Source: Octopus sinensis (lineage: Eukaryota). From it: a stretch of DNA of 64,000 nt. This document shows positions 1 to 11,486 of this stretch, piece after piece. A program made the position numbers and the translations under genes. The notes below the pieces were generated by a model, which worked only from the letters and a program-made list of their open reading frames with translations, was not told the DNA's origin and did not search any database. How positions within the stretch are numbered: position 1 is the stretch's first letter; the number at the start of each line of letters is the position of its first letter. The stretch spans positions 201,004,001 through 201,068,000 of the forward strand of contig NC_042998.1 of assembly GCF_006345805.1 (NCBI RefSeq). Reading direction: 5' to 3'.

Positions 1-61
1 GCGGAAACTGAAAGAAGCCCGTCGTATGTACGTACATATATATATACCTATCTAATAAAAA

Positions 62-431
62 AAGCAAGAGATATCAAGTAGTGATGCTGTACGACCGTTT
101 CAAGCGGCTCCATTTAATTGAACAATGCAATCATTACATCAATAAAAATGCAGCGCTATCATCAACTGCACAAATAAATAGAATTTTAATCAGTCGGACA
201 CATTAATGTAATTTTTCTCAAATACTTTAAAGGAACAAAAAGATGGCAGAAATCCATGTTCTCGCTATTGTAGCTAAGAATATACTACACTTCCAAGAAA
301 GGGTCTTAACTTGTAAAAGATTGTGGTCCATGATAGCCCTACATTTAAATTAATGTAATGATTGCAATGTTCAATTAAATGGAGCCTCTTGAAACGATCG
401 TATTGCATCATTTCTTGATATCCTCTTGCTT
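62..431. mobile_element. Foldback element, HHR family A (probable non-autonomous PLE derivative)
   Basis: Imperfect inverted arms 62-140 and 350-431 (aagcaagag.atatcaag...gtttcaagcggctccatttaattgaacaatgcaatcattacat); partial second copy at 4031-4258; both arms contain GAAACGRTCGTA pointing outward. Confidence 0.75.
85..170 (-). ncRNA. Degenerate type I hammerhead ribozyme motif (C3U)
   Basis: Minus strand: tgcag TTGATGA tagcg...cgctt GAAA CGGTCG TA cagca. The copy at 4031 has ctgca, which restores a perfect 5-bp stem I. Confidence 0.55.
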
Positions 432-664
432 ATTTTAATTTTATTCACCTTACTTCGAGCAGTGCAGATAGTACCGGACTGATTTGGTGCTTCAACTAAT
501 GTACCTAATTCAATTGAATCTCAATTATTTCTCATATATATATATATATATAAAGAGCAATAAAGATTCAAGTTAATTTAAATGAATTTACTTGAATATG
601 GTACCTAACTTAGATGCACAAAAAAAAACTATACTGATTTAACAATACAGTAATGTGGGGTGAT

Positions 665-962
665 TATAAGCGAGAAAGAAGCAACAAGAATGGATAGGTT
701 TTTAGTACGATCGTTTCATACAAGGACAGGTTTTATTAACATCAAAGATTACAGCATATAACGAGTCCCGTACTCATCAGTAAGTAATTCATGAGTATAG
801 CCTCAAACACTAGGATGTCTAGAGAACTTACATGTATTTTAGCTGATGAGTACGGGACTCGTTTATATGCTGTAATCTTTGCAACTTTTAATAAAACCTG
901 TCCTTGTATGAAACGATCGTACTAAAAACCTATCCATTCTTGTTGCTTCTTTCTCGCTTATA
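665..962. mobile_element. Foldback element, HHR family B
   Basis: Near-perfect inverted arms 665-780 and 843-962 with a ~60-bp spacer; TA at both ends and (TA)n downstream. Confidence 0.85.
837..927 (+). ncRNA. Type I hammerhead ribozyme motif with long stem II insertion
   Basis: ttttag CTGATGA gtacgggac...gtccttgtat GAAA CGATCG TA ctaaaa: 6-bp stem I, intact core, stem II with G-U pairs, palindromic CGATCG stem III, GUA cleavage triplet. Confidence 0.8.
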
Positions 963-994
963 TATATATATATATACATATACACACATACATG

Positions 995-1205
995 TGTGTG
1001 TGAGAGTCAGCTTGTGTGTCAGTGTTTGTCAACCCAAATTCGCCTGACAACCGATGCAGTGCCCGTAAATTAGCATTTCACCAAAAATGACCGATAGAAT
1101 AAGTACTAGGCTATTAACAAAAAAAGTCCTGGATTCAATTTGCTCGACTAAAGGCAGTGCTCCAGCTTGCCCGCTGTAAAATAACTGAAACAAGTAAAAG
1201 AATAG
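995..1205 (+). mobile_element. SINE family A, 3' part
   Basis: Matches the 3' half of the copy at 16470-16877 (gacaaccgatg...gatagaataagtact...tgctccagc...actgaaacaagtaaaag). Confidence 0.75.
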
Positions 1206-1304
1206 AAAGAATATATATATTTATTATTGCATTGTTTTAGTGTTTCTATTATTTGACTGCCTCCATGATGAATCACCACCTTTACATGCATAGATATAAA
1301 TAAA

Positions 1305-1463
1305 TTTGACGGGATTCCCTCAGTTTCCATCTACCAAGTCCACTCACAGTAATTTGATTCAACTGAAACTAGAATAGAACACACTTGCCGAAGTTGTCAC
1401 GCAATGGGACTGAACGCGTAACCATGTATTTTGGAGGTAAGATTCTTACCACACAGCCACTCC
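1305..1463 (-). mobile_element. SINE family A, head
   Basis: Reverse complement of ggagtggctgtgtggtaag...tcagtccca...gtgagtggatttggtagatggaaactga. Confidence 0.7.
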
Positions 1464-1839
1464 TTTTATGCTTTTATTTTTTCATACATTTCAGCCATGG
1501 GGATGCTGTGATGGTGGAGTACCACCATGGCTTTTCTGACTTCTTCAGAGTGGGTTGTTTCACCTCACCACACCGTATTTGTCTTTGACCCACCTCTCGG
1601 GCCCATTTGGTATATAAGGGAAGTTTGATTCTGCTGCCCTCGGCTGCACCTCATGTCAGGCCATTGGTTCATCCGGTATTGTGAAAGAGGAGGATGGGTA
1701 TTTCGTTTCTGAAATCGTATGAAGATTTCGTAGTTTTTGTGGCAGGTCATTGGAAAGCTTTTGCTATTTGAACCCTAGACTATTGCTGTAACTGGTCCTG
1801 AATTTAGATGGAATGGATGGTACATTTGGTACAGTACGC

Positions 1840-1842
<3 letters not shown>

Positions 1843-1894
<52 letters not shown>

Positions 1895-1908
1895 TTTAAT
1901 TATTATTA

Positions 1909-1983
<75 letters not shown>
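1843..1983. repeat. (ATT)n microsatellite
   Basis: Direct reading. Confidence 0.95.
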
Positions 1984-2525
1984 GAGTGAGAGAGCAGTTC
2001 ATGCCATCAAAGTGACACTGGGGTAAAATATACGAAGCCCAATATACCCATCATGACTACCCGTCTGATAAAGGTACATCAGGCACATGCATCACAACCA
2101 TTTGTGCGCGACATGGTGGTCTCATATCAAGATAAACAGCACATGACCTTGCAGGTGGGGCCCAGTTAGAATTTTCTTCAGATCGAGTAACCCAGGTCCC
2201 TGAATAAGGGTTGTTTAAGGACGTTGAACGAAACACCCATGTTTCCAAAGGTGAATTATCCAAACCCCAAACAATCCCTCTCAACACATGGCTATGATGC
2301 TCCCCCACTACTTCTGCTCGTGATCAGAGATGCACATATCGTCAGCCACTAAAGGACATGCTCAACTGGTTAAGGTCAAACAACTGACAAGCAAATCTGT
2401 GGTATTGAGCAGAATATTTGCTGTAGCCCATCTTTTATACCAAGACAAAACAATGTACATGATAACACTTCCAATCAGTTAAGATCAGAAGCCACGAGAG
2501 CCACTGCCTGATACTGCATCAGGGC

Positions 2526-2530
<5 letters not shown>
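1984..2530 (-). mobile_element. ~550-bp non-coding interspersed element inserted in (TAA)n, copy 1
   Basis: Highly similar to 55195-55741; both copies are flanked on both sides by (ATT)n. Orientation is inferred from the neighbouring R4/Dong copies. Confidence 0.75.
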
Positions 2531-2559
<29 letters not shown>

Positions 2560-2581
2560 ATTATTATTATTATTATTATTC

Positions 2582-3055
2582 CATGTTTGAATTTTGCTTT
2601 ACATTTGTACAAGCTGGCTCCAAGTCTTACCCTGAGACCTCAAGAGACAACAAGTTGTAAGTTCATGTTGGTGTTATGCCTTGGGCACCATATATTTGGT
2701 TTTGATATAATTCTTTTCAAGCACTGGAAGTGGTTTGTGTTCCAACCAGTTTTTCTAATGCGACAGGTCCAGGTTTTCGTACAACACGCAATGAATATAT
2801 TGTGCTGCTCTATCATGCATGTTGAGATACTCTGTAGGCGCAAGAAGACTGCACATGGAGACAACATGATCAATGGTTTCATTTTGTTGTGGACATACAC
2901 GAAAACAGAACTATTGATGGGTAAGAGCTTTGTCAATATCTACTCTTTTTACCCCATACGATCGTGAAGATTTTCGCATATGCATATTACAGGTGGTTGA
3001 GATCTGTAATATCAACATCTTTGGCTGAAATAATTGTTGTTCACAAGTTTTCTTT
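2582..3055 (-). mobile_element. R4/Dong-clade non-LTR retrotransposon, 3' fragment
   Basis: Minus frame ...RVCPQQNETIDHVVSMCSLLAPTEYLNMHDRAAQYIH... (CCHC knuckle of RLE elements), followed by a 3' end running into (AAT)n. Confidence 0.75.
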
Positions 3056-3415
3056 AAAATTCTTCTTTTTATTCTTCTTCTTCTTTTTCTTCTTCTTGTT
3101 CTTGTTCTTGTTCTTGTTCTTCTTGTTCTTCTTCTTGTTCTTCTTCTTCTTCTTCTTCTTCTTCTTCTTTTCTTCTTCTTCTTCTTCTTCTCCTTCTTCT
3201 CCTTCATCGTCTTCTACTCCTTATTGTTATTATTATTATTATTATTATTACTATTATTATTATTATTATTACTATTATTATTATATTATTATTATTATTA
3301 TTACTATTATTAGTATTATTATTATTACTATTATTATTATTATTATGATTTTACTATTATTATGATTATGTGTATCATCACCATCATCATCCACCTCCTT
3401 CTCCCCCCACCCCCT

Positions 3416-3446
<31 letters not shown>

Positions 3447-3480
3447 ATCATCATCATCATCATCGTCATCATTATTATTA
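3056..3480. repeat. Compound (TTC)n-(ATT)n-(TCC)n-(ATC)n microsatellite
   Basis: Direct reading; source of spurious low-complexity ORFs. Confidence 0.95.
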
Positions 3481-4030
3481 TTCCTGCCTAGGCCTGGACA
3501 GCACTTTTTCGTAGTTCATAAGTTTTCTTAAAATTTTCTTTTTAGTTTGGATTCTAGATTCTGTTGAACTCTTAACTAAATAAACCGTCTAACCGGGAGT
3601 GGGTAGAGATATTTTTACGATAATTCGCTTTTTGAAGTGAAATGTTTGATCAAAATTGCAAATTTAATGTTTCATAGCGAAAAATATCAATAAGGCTTCC
3701 CGAATCAAGGGAAGGCTGGGCTGCTGGAACAGCCGCTTTGTGATTGTTTTCCTACCACTTTTTTGTTGTGGTCGAAAGATTGAGTTCGGACAGCAGCAGC
3801 ATCAACAACAAGAACAGCAACAACAATAAAAGCAACACATAGGAACAAAAGCAGCAGTAACAGCGATGAACGTGTTATATTTCAAAACGCTATAAGAACA
3901 ACGTCTAACATGGTTGGCTTTGCCTTTCATAATTTCTTGGTCGAAAAAAATGAGTCCCGTTTGAGTACTGGAGTCAAGGAAATCGACTCGCCTTCTCTCT
4001 CAGAACTTCAGGCCTTGTGCGAGCAGTAGA

Positions 4031-4258
4031 AATGATGCAGTACGACCGTTTCAAGCGGCTCCATTTAATTGAACAATGCAATCATTACATTAATTTAAAT
4101 GTAGAGCTATCATGGACCACGATCTTTCAGAAATTAAGACCCTTTCTTGGAAGTGTAGTATATTCTTAGCTACAATTGCGAGAACATGGTTTTCTGCCAT
4201 TTTTTTGTTCCTTTACAGTATTTGAGAAAAATTACATGAACATGTCCGACTGATTATT
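4031..4258 (-). mobile_element. Partial copy of HHR family A
   Basis: Reverse complement of ~186-415. Confidence 0.8.
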
Positions 4259-4458
4259 ATTAGTAAATTTAGCAAACTAATAATGGCCGCTTCAAATTGT
4301 GGCACAACAAGCAATCTCCATAGAGTGAGATTAGTCGATTACTTTAACCCCAGTATATGGCGCAATTTCAACCAAGAAACAAGCATAGCAGGAAGCAATG
4401 TCACGAGTCGTTTTATCTGACATGCTAAAGATTCTGCCAAAATTGATAATAAACCTGT

Positions 4459-4682
4459 TTAACCCTTTAGCATTCAGATTAATCTGTCAAATGTAAAGCC
4501 TGTTTAATTACATTGTTTTAAATTAATTGTACAGCATCTTGTAACACTGAGAGTTTGAATGATATCCCTGTTTATTTTTGGCATGACTTTGTAGGGTAGG
4601 TGTGAGAGGTCAAATCTGGCTGGTTTGAAAATAAAACAGGAAGAAAATTTTGGCCTGGTATGGCTGGTTTAAACACTAAATG
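4459..4682 (+). mobile_element. piggyBac-type MITE, right end degraded
   Basis: Starts TTAA|CCCTTTAGCATT; only a degenerate right terminus (aaacactaaatg). Confidence 0.45.
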
Positions 4683-5249
4683 ACACAATTTTGTTTTTGT
4701 TTTTTGTTTTTTGTAATGAATCCTCCATTTGCAAGAATGTAACACATACACACACGCGCATATACACACACTTACACATACCGCACGCATGCACGCACAC
4801 ACACATACACGCACACACACGCACATCTGTAAGTACATGTATAAACACGTAAATATACGTGTATATGTATATGCACATACACATGTAAGAGCATATATGC
4901 ACATATGTAGGTATACATAAATGCACACACATATACCCACATATACACATACATATATACATAATACTCATATATATATATGTATATATATACACACACA
5001 CACACGCACACACACACACACACATATGTAAACACACATATAAACAAATATATGTTTGTGTGTGTGTGTACTATTTTATGCTTAAGTTAATGAACACAAT
5101 CAAATACCTCTGTGCCCATTCGCACAACTTCAATCTCTGACAGCGTTCCATAATTCTATAAGCATTCATACAATGCATACACACTCAAAAAATATATGCA
5201 CTGACACCGTTTGCTATGCACAGCATCGGAGCATTTAATAAATTACAGT

Positions 5250-5920
5250 TAAAAAATATAAGGAAAATGCAGCGAGTAAGTGAGTCGATGATATATCAGG
5301 AAATTAAATGGATTAATTTAAGAAGTGGTTGCGGCTGCGAATACTATAAAGAATGAATTTTCTCTTTTAAGAAGTTACCGCTTCACTAAATCTGGCATAT
5401 TGGACTGTTTGTAAGTTGTAGGCGTTATATGAATGCATAAATGATTTTAAGCTGCGTTATTAAGATTATCTTGGCGGAAATGTTTCCATAAATTTCTTTG
5501 CAAAGTTCATGCCATTTGTTTTTTCTGGTTTAAAAGCTTGATCTGTGATTGCATGCTATCGATTTGTTTTTAGATTGCGGGTGGTGTCTAAATATATAAG
5601 TGGGTGAAATGTATGTATATTACAAAGTGTTGGAAAGTATTTCTGTAGAGGGGTTTTTGAGTTGCATTTTTCCTGTTCGTTCACTTTTAGATGTCTTTCG
5701 TTGTTAAGTACTTGCTATTGAGTGAACAAATGTTTCTTTTGGCACAGTTACTATGTTTGATGGAAATGTGCTTATTATTTTCTGTGAGCTAGTGAAGGAG
5801 TCTAATCTCTCGTCAAAATAACGAAATGTTAATGGTATTTCTGTTTAAGATTCATAATAATTATGCTGTGGTAAGGGAATATTTTACAAGTAAGTAGAAA
5901 AATATTTGGAGACGTTTTAG
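5250..5920 (-). pseudogene. Decayed Penelope-like element ORF (RT-EN linker and GIY-YIG region)
   Basis: Hand translation with stops: FFYLLVKY...ILNRNTINIS (5851-5822)...NCAKRNICSLNSKYLTT (5749-5699)...KRKFILYS...FLN, resembling the PLE motifs IFNRNTVKISYS and CNC-x-CPL-x-CLT. Confidence 0.6.
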
Positions 5921-6534
5921 TTCACAGAGTTTTATATTTCTTTACTTGTGTGTGACTGGGTTTAGCTTATAGTTTGTTATATTTCTTTCTGTGTGTGTGA
6001 GGTTTAGTAGTGCGTTCTTTACAACAACTTTTTTTTACGTGCACTTTTATAAAATGTCACATTTTTAGCAATGTGTTGGTTATTTTTGCGGCTAGTGTTG
6101 ATAATTCTGCGTGCTTGTGGCTTAGCTCTGAGTTCCGTGTAAGAATTTCATTAATTCACTTTTGAATAATACCAAACTGTAGCAATGCCTGAGTGAGTGA
6201 CTGTAGAGCAGTGTTTCTCAACAATGGACCACTTTGATTTCTGTCTTACTCGGATGAACAATCTTAGCAATTCAATATAAAAAAAATCATATTATATTTT
6301 CAGAATTAAATATTATAATGAACTGTATAAAAATGTTTTTTTTTTATTAAAATATCTTGCGTATTGTAAAATATCAGTGTGTTGCTGATAAAGGTTATCA
6401 ACTAAATTTTATTGGAACCCACAAGGGCCATACTGAACCACTACTGAACCGTTTGCAGGATACTGGATATTTGACAATGTTCTTAAACTGTTTTAGATTA
6501 ATGTGAAATTTGCTTAACATTACATTTAGAGAAG

Positions 6535-6895
6535 GCGGCGAGCTGGCAGAAACATTAGCACACCGGGTGAATACGTAGCTGTATTTTACCTGCTGTTACG
6601 TTCTGAGTTCAAATTCCGCCGGGGTCGACTTTGCCTTTCATCCTTTCGGGGTCGATAAATTAAGTACCAGTTACGCACTGATGTCGATGTAATCGACTTA
6701 ATCCCTTTGTCCTTGTTTGTCCTCTCTGTGTGTAGCCCCTTGTGGGTAGTAAAGAAATAGATATTTTGTCCATCTTTAAGTTCAGGGTTGAAATTCTGTT
6801 GAGGTCGACTTCGCTTTTCATATTTTCAGAGTCGATAACATAAGTACCAGTTGAACCCTGGAGTCTAACCAGCTGACCTTGTGCCAAAATTTAAA
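6535..6895 (+). mobile_element. SINE family B
   Basis: ggcggcgagctggcagaaac...gttctgagttcaaattccgcc...aagtaccagttacgcactg, shared with 17402, 32005 and 37605. Confidence 0.85.
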
Positions 6896-7314
6896 ACCGA
6901 TATTTAATTTAGAGGGCAGTACAAGTGTAAAAATGGGTACCAGTGAACCTATGGCGTACTTCGATTTGGAAACTTATCACAATTTGTAAATAAAGATGTG
7001 CTATTTAATGTGTTAGCCAGTCTCTGTTCTCTTGTCTCTTGTGTATTCCTCGTCTAGTTCTTTCTTATATTATTTCGTTCATTTTCACTATTAGCATCAT
7101 TTATATTTTTATCTGTTTAAATTTTTATGTTTCTCTTTCATGTCTAGTTTTCATATTTTTCATATATCGCGTTTATTTTTACTCTTAATATTTTATATTT
7201 TTTTATGCTGCTATTCTGATTCGTCATCAATAACTACAAAAATATAGATCTGCAGCTGCTAACCATATCCCACAGCATTTATTTGTAGACATAAATTAAC
7301 ATACTTGCATGTGA

Positions 7315-7362
<48 letters not shown>

Positions 7363-7898
7363 TTATGTATGTATGTATGTATGTATGTATGTATGTGTGT
7401 GTGTGTATCTATGTATCAATATCTATATCTATATATATGTACGTAATTATGCATACATCAATTATCTGCTGTCTGTCTGTCTGTCTATCCCACCTCAACA
7501 TTATCTGTTTTCTCTTCAGATTCCACTCCCCTTGTTCATTTCTGTGATTCGGCCAAAATATCCCTATTCAATACTAACGGTTAAATGGCCTTTCTTAAAT
7601 TCTTTTTTCTTCTCACTCACTTACGTTCTTTTTTCCTTCTTTTGATCCTAATTTCTCTCTACATTTATATTTTCCACTCCTACTGTGCTCTCTACACATT
7701 CTGATTGTATCTTCAATGTGTTAACCTGTACCTCCTTGCGATAATGTAAACTTTCATTTCATCAAAATATCCTTCGACTGAAGCGTAGCTTGGACATACA
7801 TTTCGCTTGGATATTTACCACTTCCGAGGTTCCGTTCGCTATGAAACAAATGTAGGCCGGATCTTATCTATTCCAATTCTTATATATATATATATATA

Positions 7899-8104
7899 TT
7901 GTTGTGATCCCCTTCGGTTATAAATGACCATGGGATTGCACCTAGAAAGTTACCCTCCAAGGCACAAGTCTGGGCAAGGTTGTTTATGGAAGACCAGCAG
8001 ATGGCCACGTGCATACCGGTCTTCCCTCTCCACGCCACCGATGTTACCCAAGGGACAAGCAAAGGCAAATACAGCTTGGCACCATTGACGTCGCAGCTCA
8101 TTTA
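7899..8104 (-). mobile_element. SINE family D, 3' part
   Basis: Homologous to 41620-41915 (aaatgaccatgggattgcacc...gaagaccagcag...acagcttggcacc). Confidence 0.7.
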
Positions 8105-8416
8105 CTAACATGCAAGTGGCTGAGCATTCCACAGACACATGTACCCTTAAAGTAGTTCTCGGGGAGACTCAGCGTGACACGGAGTGTGACAAAGCCGAAC
8201 GACTGAAATACAGGTACAACAGAAACAGGAAAAAGAGTGAGAGAAAGTTGTGGTGAAAGAGTACAGCAGAGTTCACCACCACCCCCTGCTGGAGCCTCGT
8301 GGAGCTTTAGGTGTTTTCGCTCAATAAACACTCACAATACCCGGTCTGGGAATCGAAACCGCGATCCAACGACCGCCAATCCGCTGCCCTAAGCACTGAG
8401 CCATTGCGCCTCCACA
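8105..8416 (-). mobile_element. tRNA-derived SINE family C
   Basis: Head tgtggaggcgcaatggctcagtg...gcggtttcgattccc (A/B-box-like); homologous to 25933-26270. Confidence 0.85.
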
Positions 8417-8535
8417 CACGCACACACATATATGTAAATATTCTTCTCGTATATACGAAGATATATGTATGCACGTGTGTATGTAAGTATATCTGTGTGA
8501 GTGTATTGCGTGCGCGCCTGTGTTGGTAGGTAGGT

Positions 8536-8582
<47 letters not shown>

Positions 8583-9020
8583 GCATCCATCCACACATAC
8601 TGAACTACATACCTCCCAACACACGGGCACATGCACACACACAGATATATTTACATACGTAAACACGAGTATACATAAATCTTCCTATATACGAGAAGAA
8701 TAATAGTGTCTTTGCAGTAGTTTCATGTTTGCAAGCGAATTTTAAGAGAGCTATAGCATATCTAATTAAAATGTAGTTAGCTTTTTATAGATATATGACC
8801 TAGAGATAGCTCATAATAGTCTACAAATTACAAGAGAAGCTCATTAAAATAGTAAATTCTTATTTCATTTCTAAACTGGTCACTGATGAATGAATGCTAT
8901 ACTGCAAAGAGTGGACAAGTCACTAGGAATTACGGTAAATATACACATACACTTACGTGCATACATAGAGGCATACGTACATGCATACATACATACATAC
9001 ATACATACATACATACGTAC

Positions 9021-9117
<97 letters not shown>

Positions 9118-9385
9118 AATTTAAATTTACAGAAGACGAAAGACGAAGACAGTTATAGCAAAAAGAGGAAAAGCGAACAGGAATATTAGCTTAACGATCA
9201 GGAGGAATGGAAAAGTCTTTTACGTTTCGAGCCTATGCTCTTCTACTGATAGGACTAAGAGGGGAAATGGGAGAGAAAATACTTTAGGATTGAAGTATCA
9301 ACATGACGAAATAGGATGAAAAAGACTGAATAGAAGTAAAATAATGACGGTGACCCGGCCGAAAGAATTCATTCTCGCATGTGTC

Positions 9386-9428
<43 letters not shown>

Positions 9429-9439
9429 GTTATAGAATA

Positions 9440-10660
9440 AATATTAAATTTAGATCAACGACTTTATGTACAACAGCAGGCCTCAAACATTTAATCATGT
9501 ATAAAATACAGTTTGGTTCGTTAACACATAACAAAATTATATATATACTTAAAATCACAGAAGGTAAAAATATATAATCGAATAAAATTCAAATAGAACG
9601 GGCTATCAAAAAGTTAAATATAAACGGCTAAAAATCCCAAACTACCAAAAAAACCTAATAAACAAATATAAAATAAGGTAAAAATAACATAACTGTCCAC
9701 TGACTAAAAAGTTTTGTAAGACGATTAAAATATTAAATCTTTTTATTAAAAATATTTGAAAAAATTGTTTTACTTCCCTCAAACAAGTACGTCCAAAGTT
9801 CATAGGTACCCAGACTTCCTCAGGTCAATTTCACCTACATCTTGAAAACAGCCTTTTACTCCCCTCACACAAGTAATTCCAAAAGATTTCATAATTCAAT
9901 ATTCACATATGGCCATTTTGGGAGCTCACCACCGCAGATTATTTACACTAAAGTGCATCACGGCCATGACCCACTCATCGGGATAAACAGGAAACGGGAA
10001 ACATGCACAGATTAATTTTTTTTTTCCAAAACGGTTATACTTTTATGAATAGCTTGTTTTTTTTTATTTTAGAGAATTTGGACTGGTCCGCTGATGGTTT
10101 ATTCTTTTAAATTATATAAGCTCTAACATAAAAGTATAAGCTTTTCATAAAAAAAAATGTGATCTGCGCACGTTTCCTGTTTCCTGTTAATCCCGAGGGG
10201 GTTATCGCCGTGATGTACTTTAGTGTAAATAAACTGCGGCGCTGAGCTCCCGAAAAGGCCATAGATATATGTGAATGTTGAATTTGACCTGTAAAGTCTG
10301 CTTATTATGAACTTTTAGACGTACTTGTATGAGGGAAGTAAAAAACTTTCTTCAAATATTTTAATAAAATTTTTTTAAATATTTTAATCGTCTGATAAAA
10401 CTTTTTTAGTCGGTAATTGTTTATTTTATTTTTACCATTACTTATTTCATATTTGTCTATTAGGATTTTTGGTACTTTTTGGATATTAGCCTTTTAGATT
10501 TAACTTTTTGAAAGGCCGTTCTATTTGTATTTTATTCGATTACATATTTTTATCTTCTGTGAGTTTATGTATAAGTATTTTTTATGAGTTTTTATTTAAT
10601 ATATGATAAAATGTTTGAGGGGTGGTGTTGTATATAAAGTCGTTGACTTAAATTTAATGT
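9440..10660. mobile_element. Old ~1.2-kb degenerate foldback element with HHR relics in both arms
   Basis: Arms ~9440-10060 and ~10110-10660 align as diverged reverse complements; relic cores at 9908-9984 (-) and 10190-10266 (+). Confidence 0.7.
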
Positions 10661-10792
10661 TTGTACTATAACCAATGCTTCTCTATCTTTCTCTCACTTA
10701 TATTTGAGCACTTCTTTTGCAGTCATATAAACCCTTTTATTTCTCTAAAAAGAGACAAATATTATTTCTTGCTGTATATGTATGTATGCGCA

Positions 10793-10856
<64 letters not shown>

Positions 10857-10869
10857 ATCTATCTATCTA

Positions 10870-10954
<85 letters not shown>

Positions 10955-11069
10955 AATATATATTATATATATATATAAATATTATTCGAGACAAAACCAC
11001 TATTTTGCAAAACAAACAAGGAAAGACTTAATCAATACATAAAATTTTAATATATAGTCAAAAAAACCG

Positions 11070-11112
11070 CCACTACAATCGTTTCTTGTCTTGATCGACA
11101 ATCTTCAGGTGG
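11070..11112 (-). ncRNA. Minimal type I hammerhead motif (PLE type)
   Basis: Exact inverted copy of 11173-11215. Confidence 0.75.
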
Positions 11113-11172
11113 ACTTCCAATAATTCAGTGTCAAATTATGAAGTCATAATTTGACACTGAATTATTGGAAGT

Positions 11173-11215
11173 CCACCTGAAGATTGTCGATCAAGACAAG
11201 AAACGATTGTAGTGG
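11173..11215 (+). ncRNA. Minimal type I hammerhead motif (PLE type)
   Basis: ccac CTGAAGA ttgtc gatcaa gacaa GAAA CGATTG TA gtgg. Confidence 0.8.
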
Positions 11216-11433
11216 CGGTTTTTTTGACTATATATTAAAATTTTATGTATTGATTAAGTCTTCCTTGTTTGTTTTGCAAAATAGTGGTTTTGTCTCGAAT
11301 AATATTTTATAATATTTTACTATAAAATCGATTATTCCTAAATCTGATTTTTTCCCTGTAATTTTGGATTTATTCCCTAATATTTATTATATATATATAT
11401 ATTATATATATATATTATATATATATATATATA

Positions 11434-11486
<53 letters not shown>

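Larger units (their letters stand above)
10977..11395. mobile_element. Near-perfect hairpin element, HHR family C, copy 1
   Basis: Arms 10977-11141 and 11144-11307 (2-nt loop, one indel) plus a ~90-bp tail on the right; flanked by (TA)n; homologous to 45590-46006. Confidence 0.9.

Noticed and set aside
2470-2530. HDV-like ribozyme at the putative 5' end of the 550-bp element
   Set aside because: Partial P1/P2/P3 pairings can be drawn, but P1.1, P4 and a properly placed catalytic C are missing, and the second copy breaks P1.
2911-3472. Long low-complexity ORFs (poly-R/K/F/Y/I; also YIYI, CVCV and HTHT ORFs throughout the window)
   Set aside because: They are translations of microsatellites, not genes.
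6209-6476. hAT-type MITE (cagtgtttctcaac left end)
   Set aside because: The right TIR is too degraded and there is no 8-bp TSD.
7783-7856. HHR-like ctgaagc-gtagc...gctat-gaaacaaatgta
   Set aside because: A9 is mutated and stem I does not pair; at most a dead relic.
9211-9250. Minus-strand gagc-atag-gctc-gaaac stem II motif
   Set aside because: No CUGANGA, no NUH site and no stem I.
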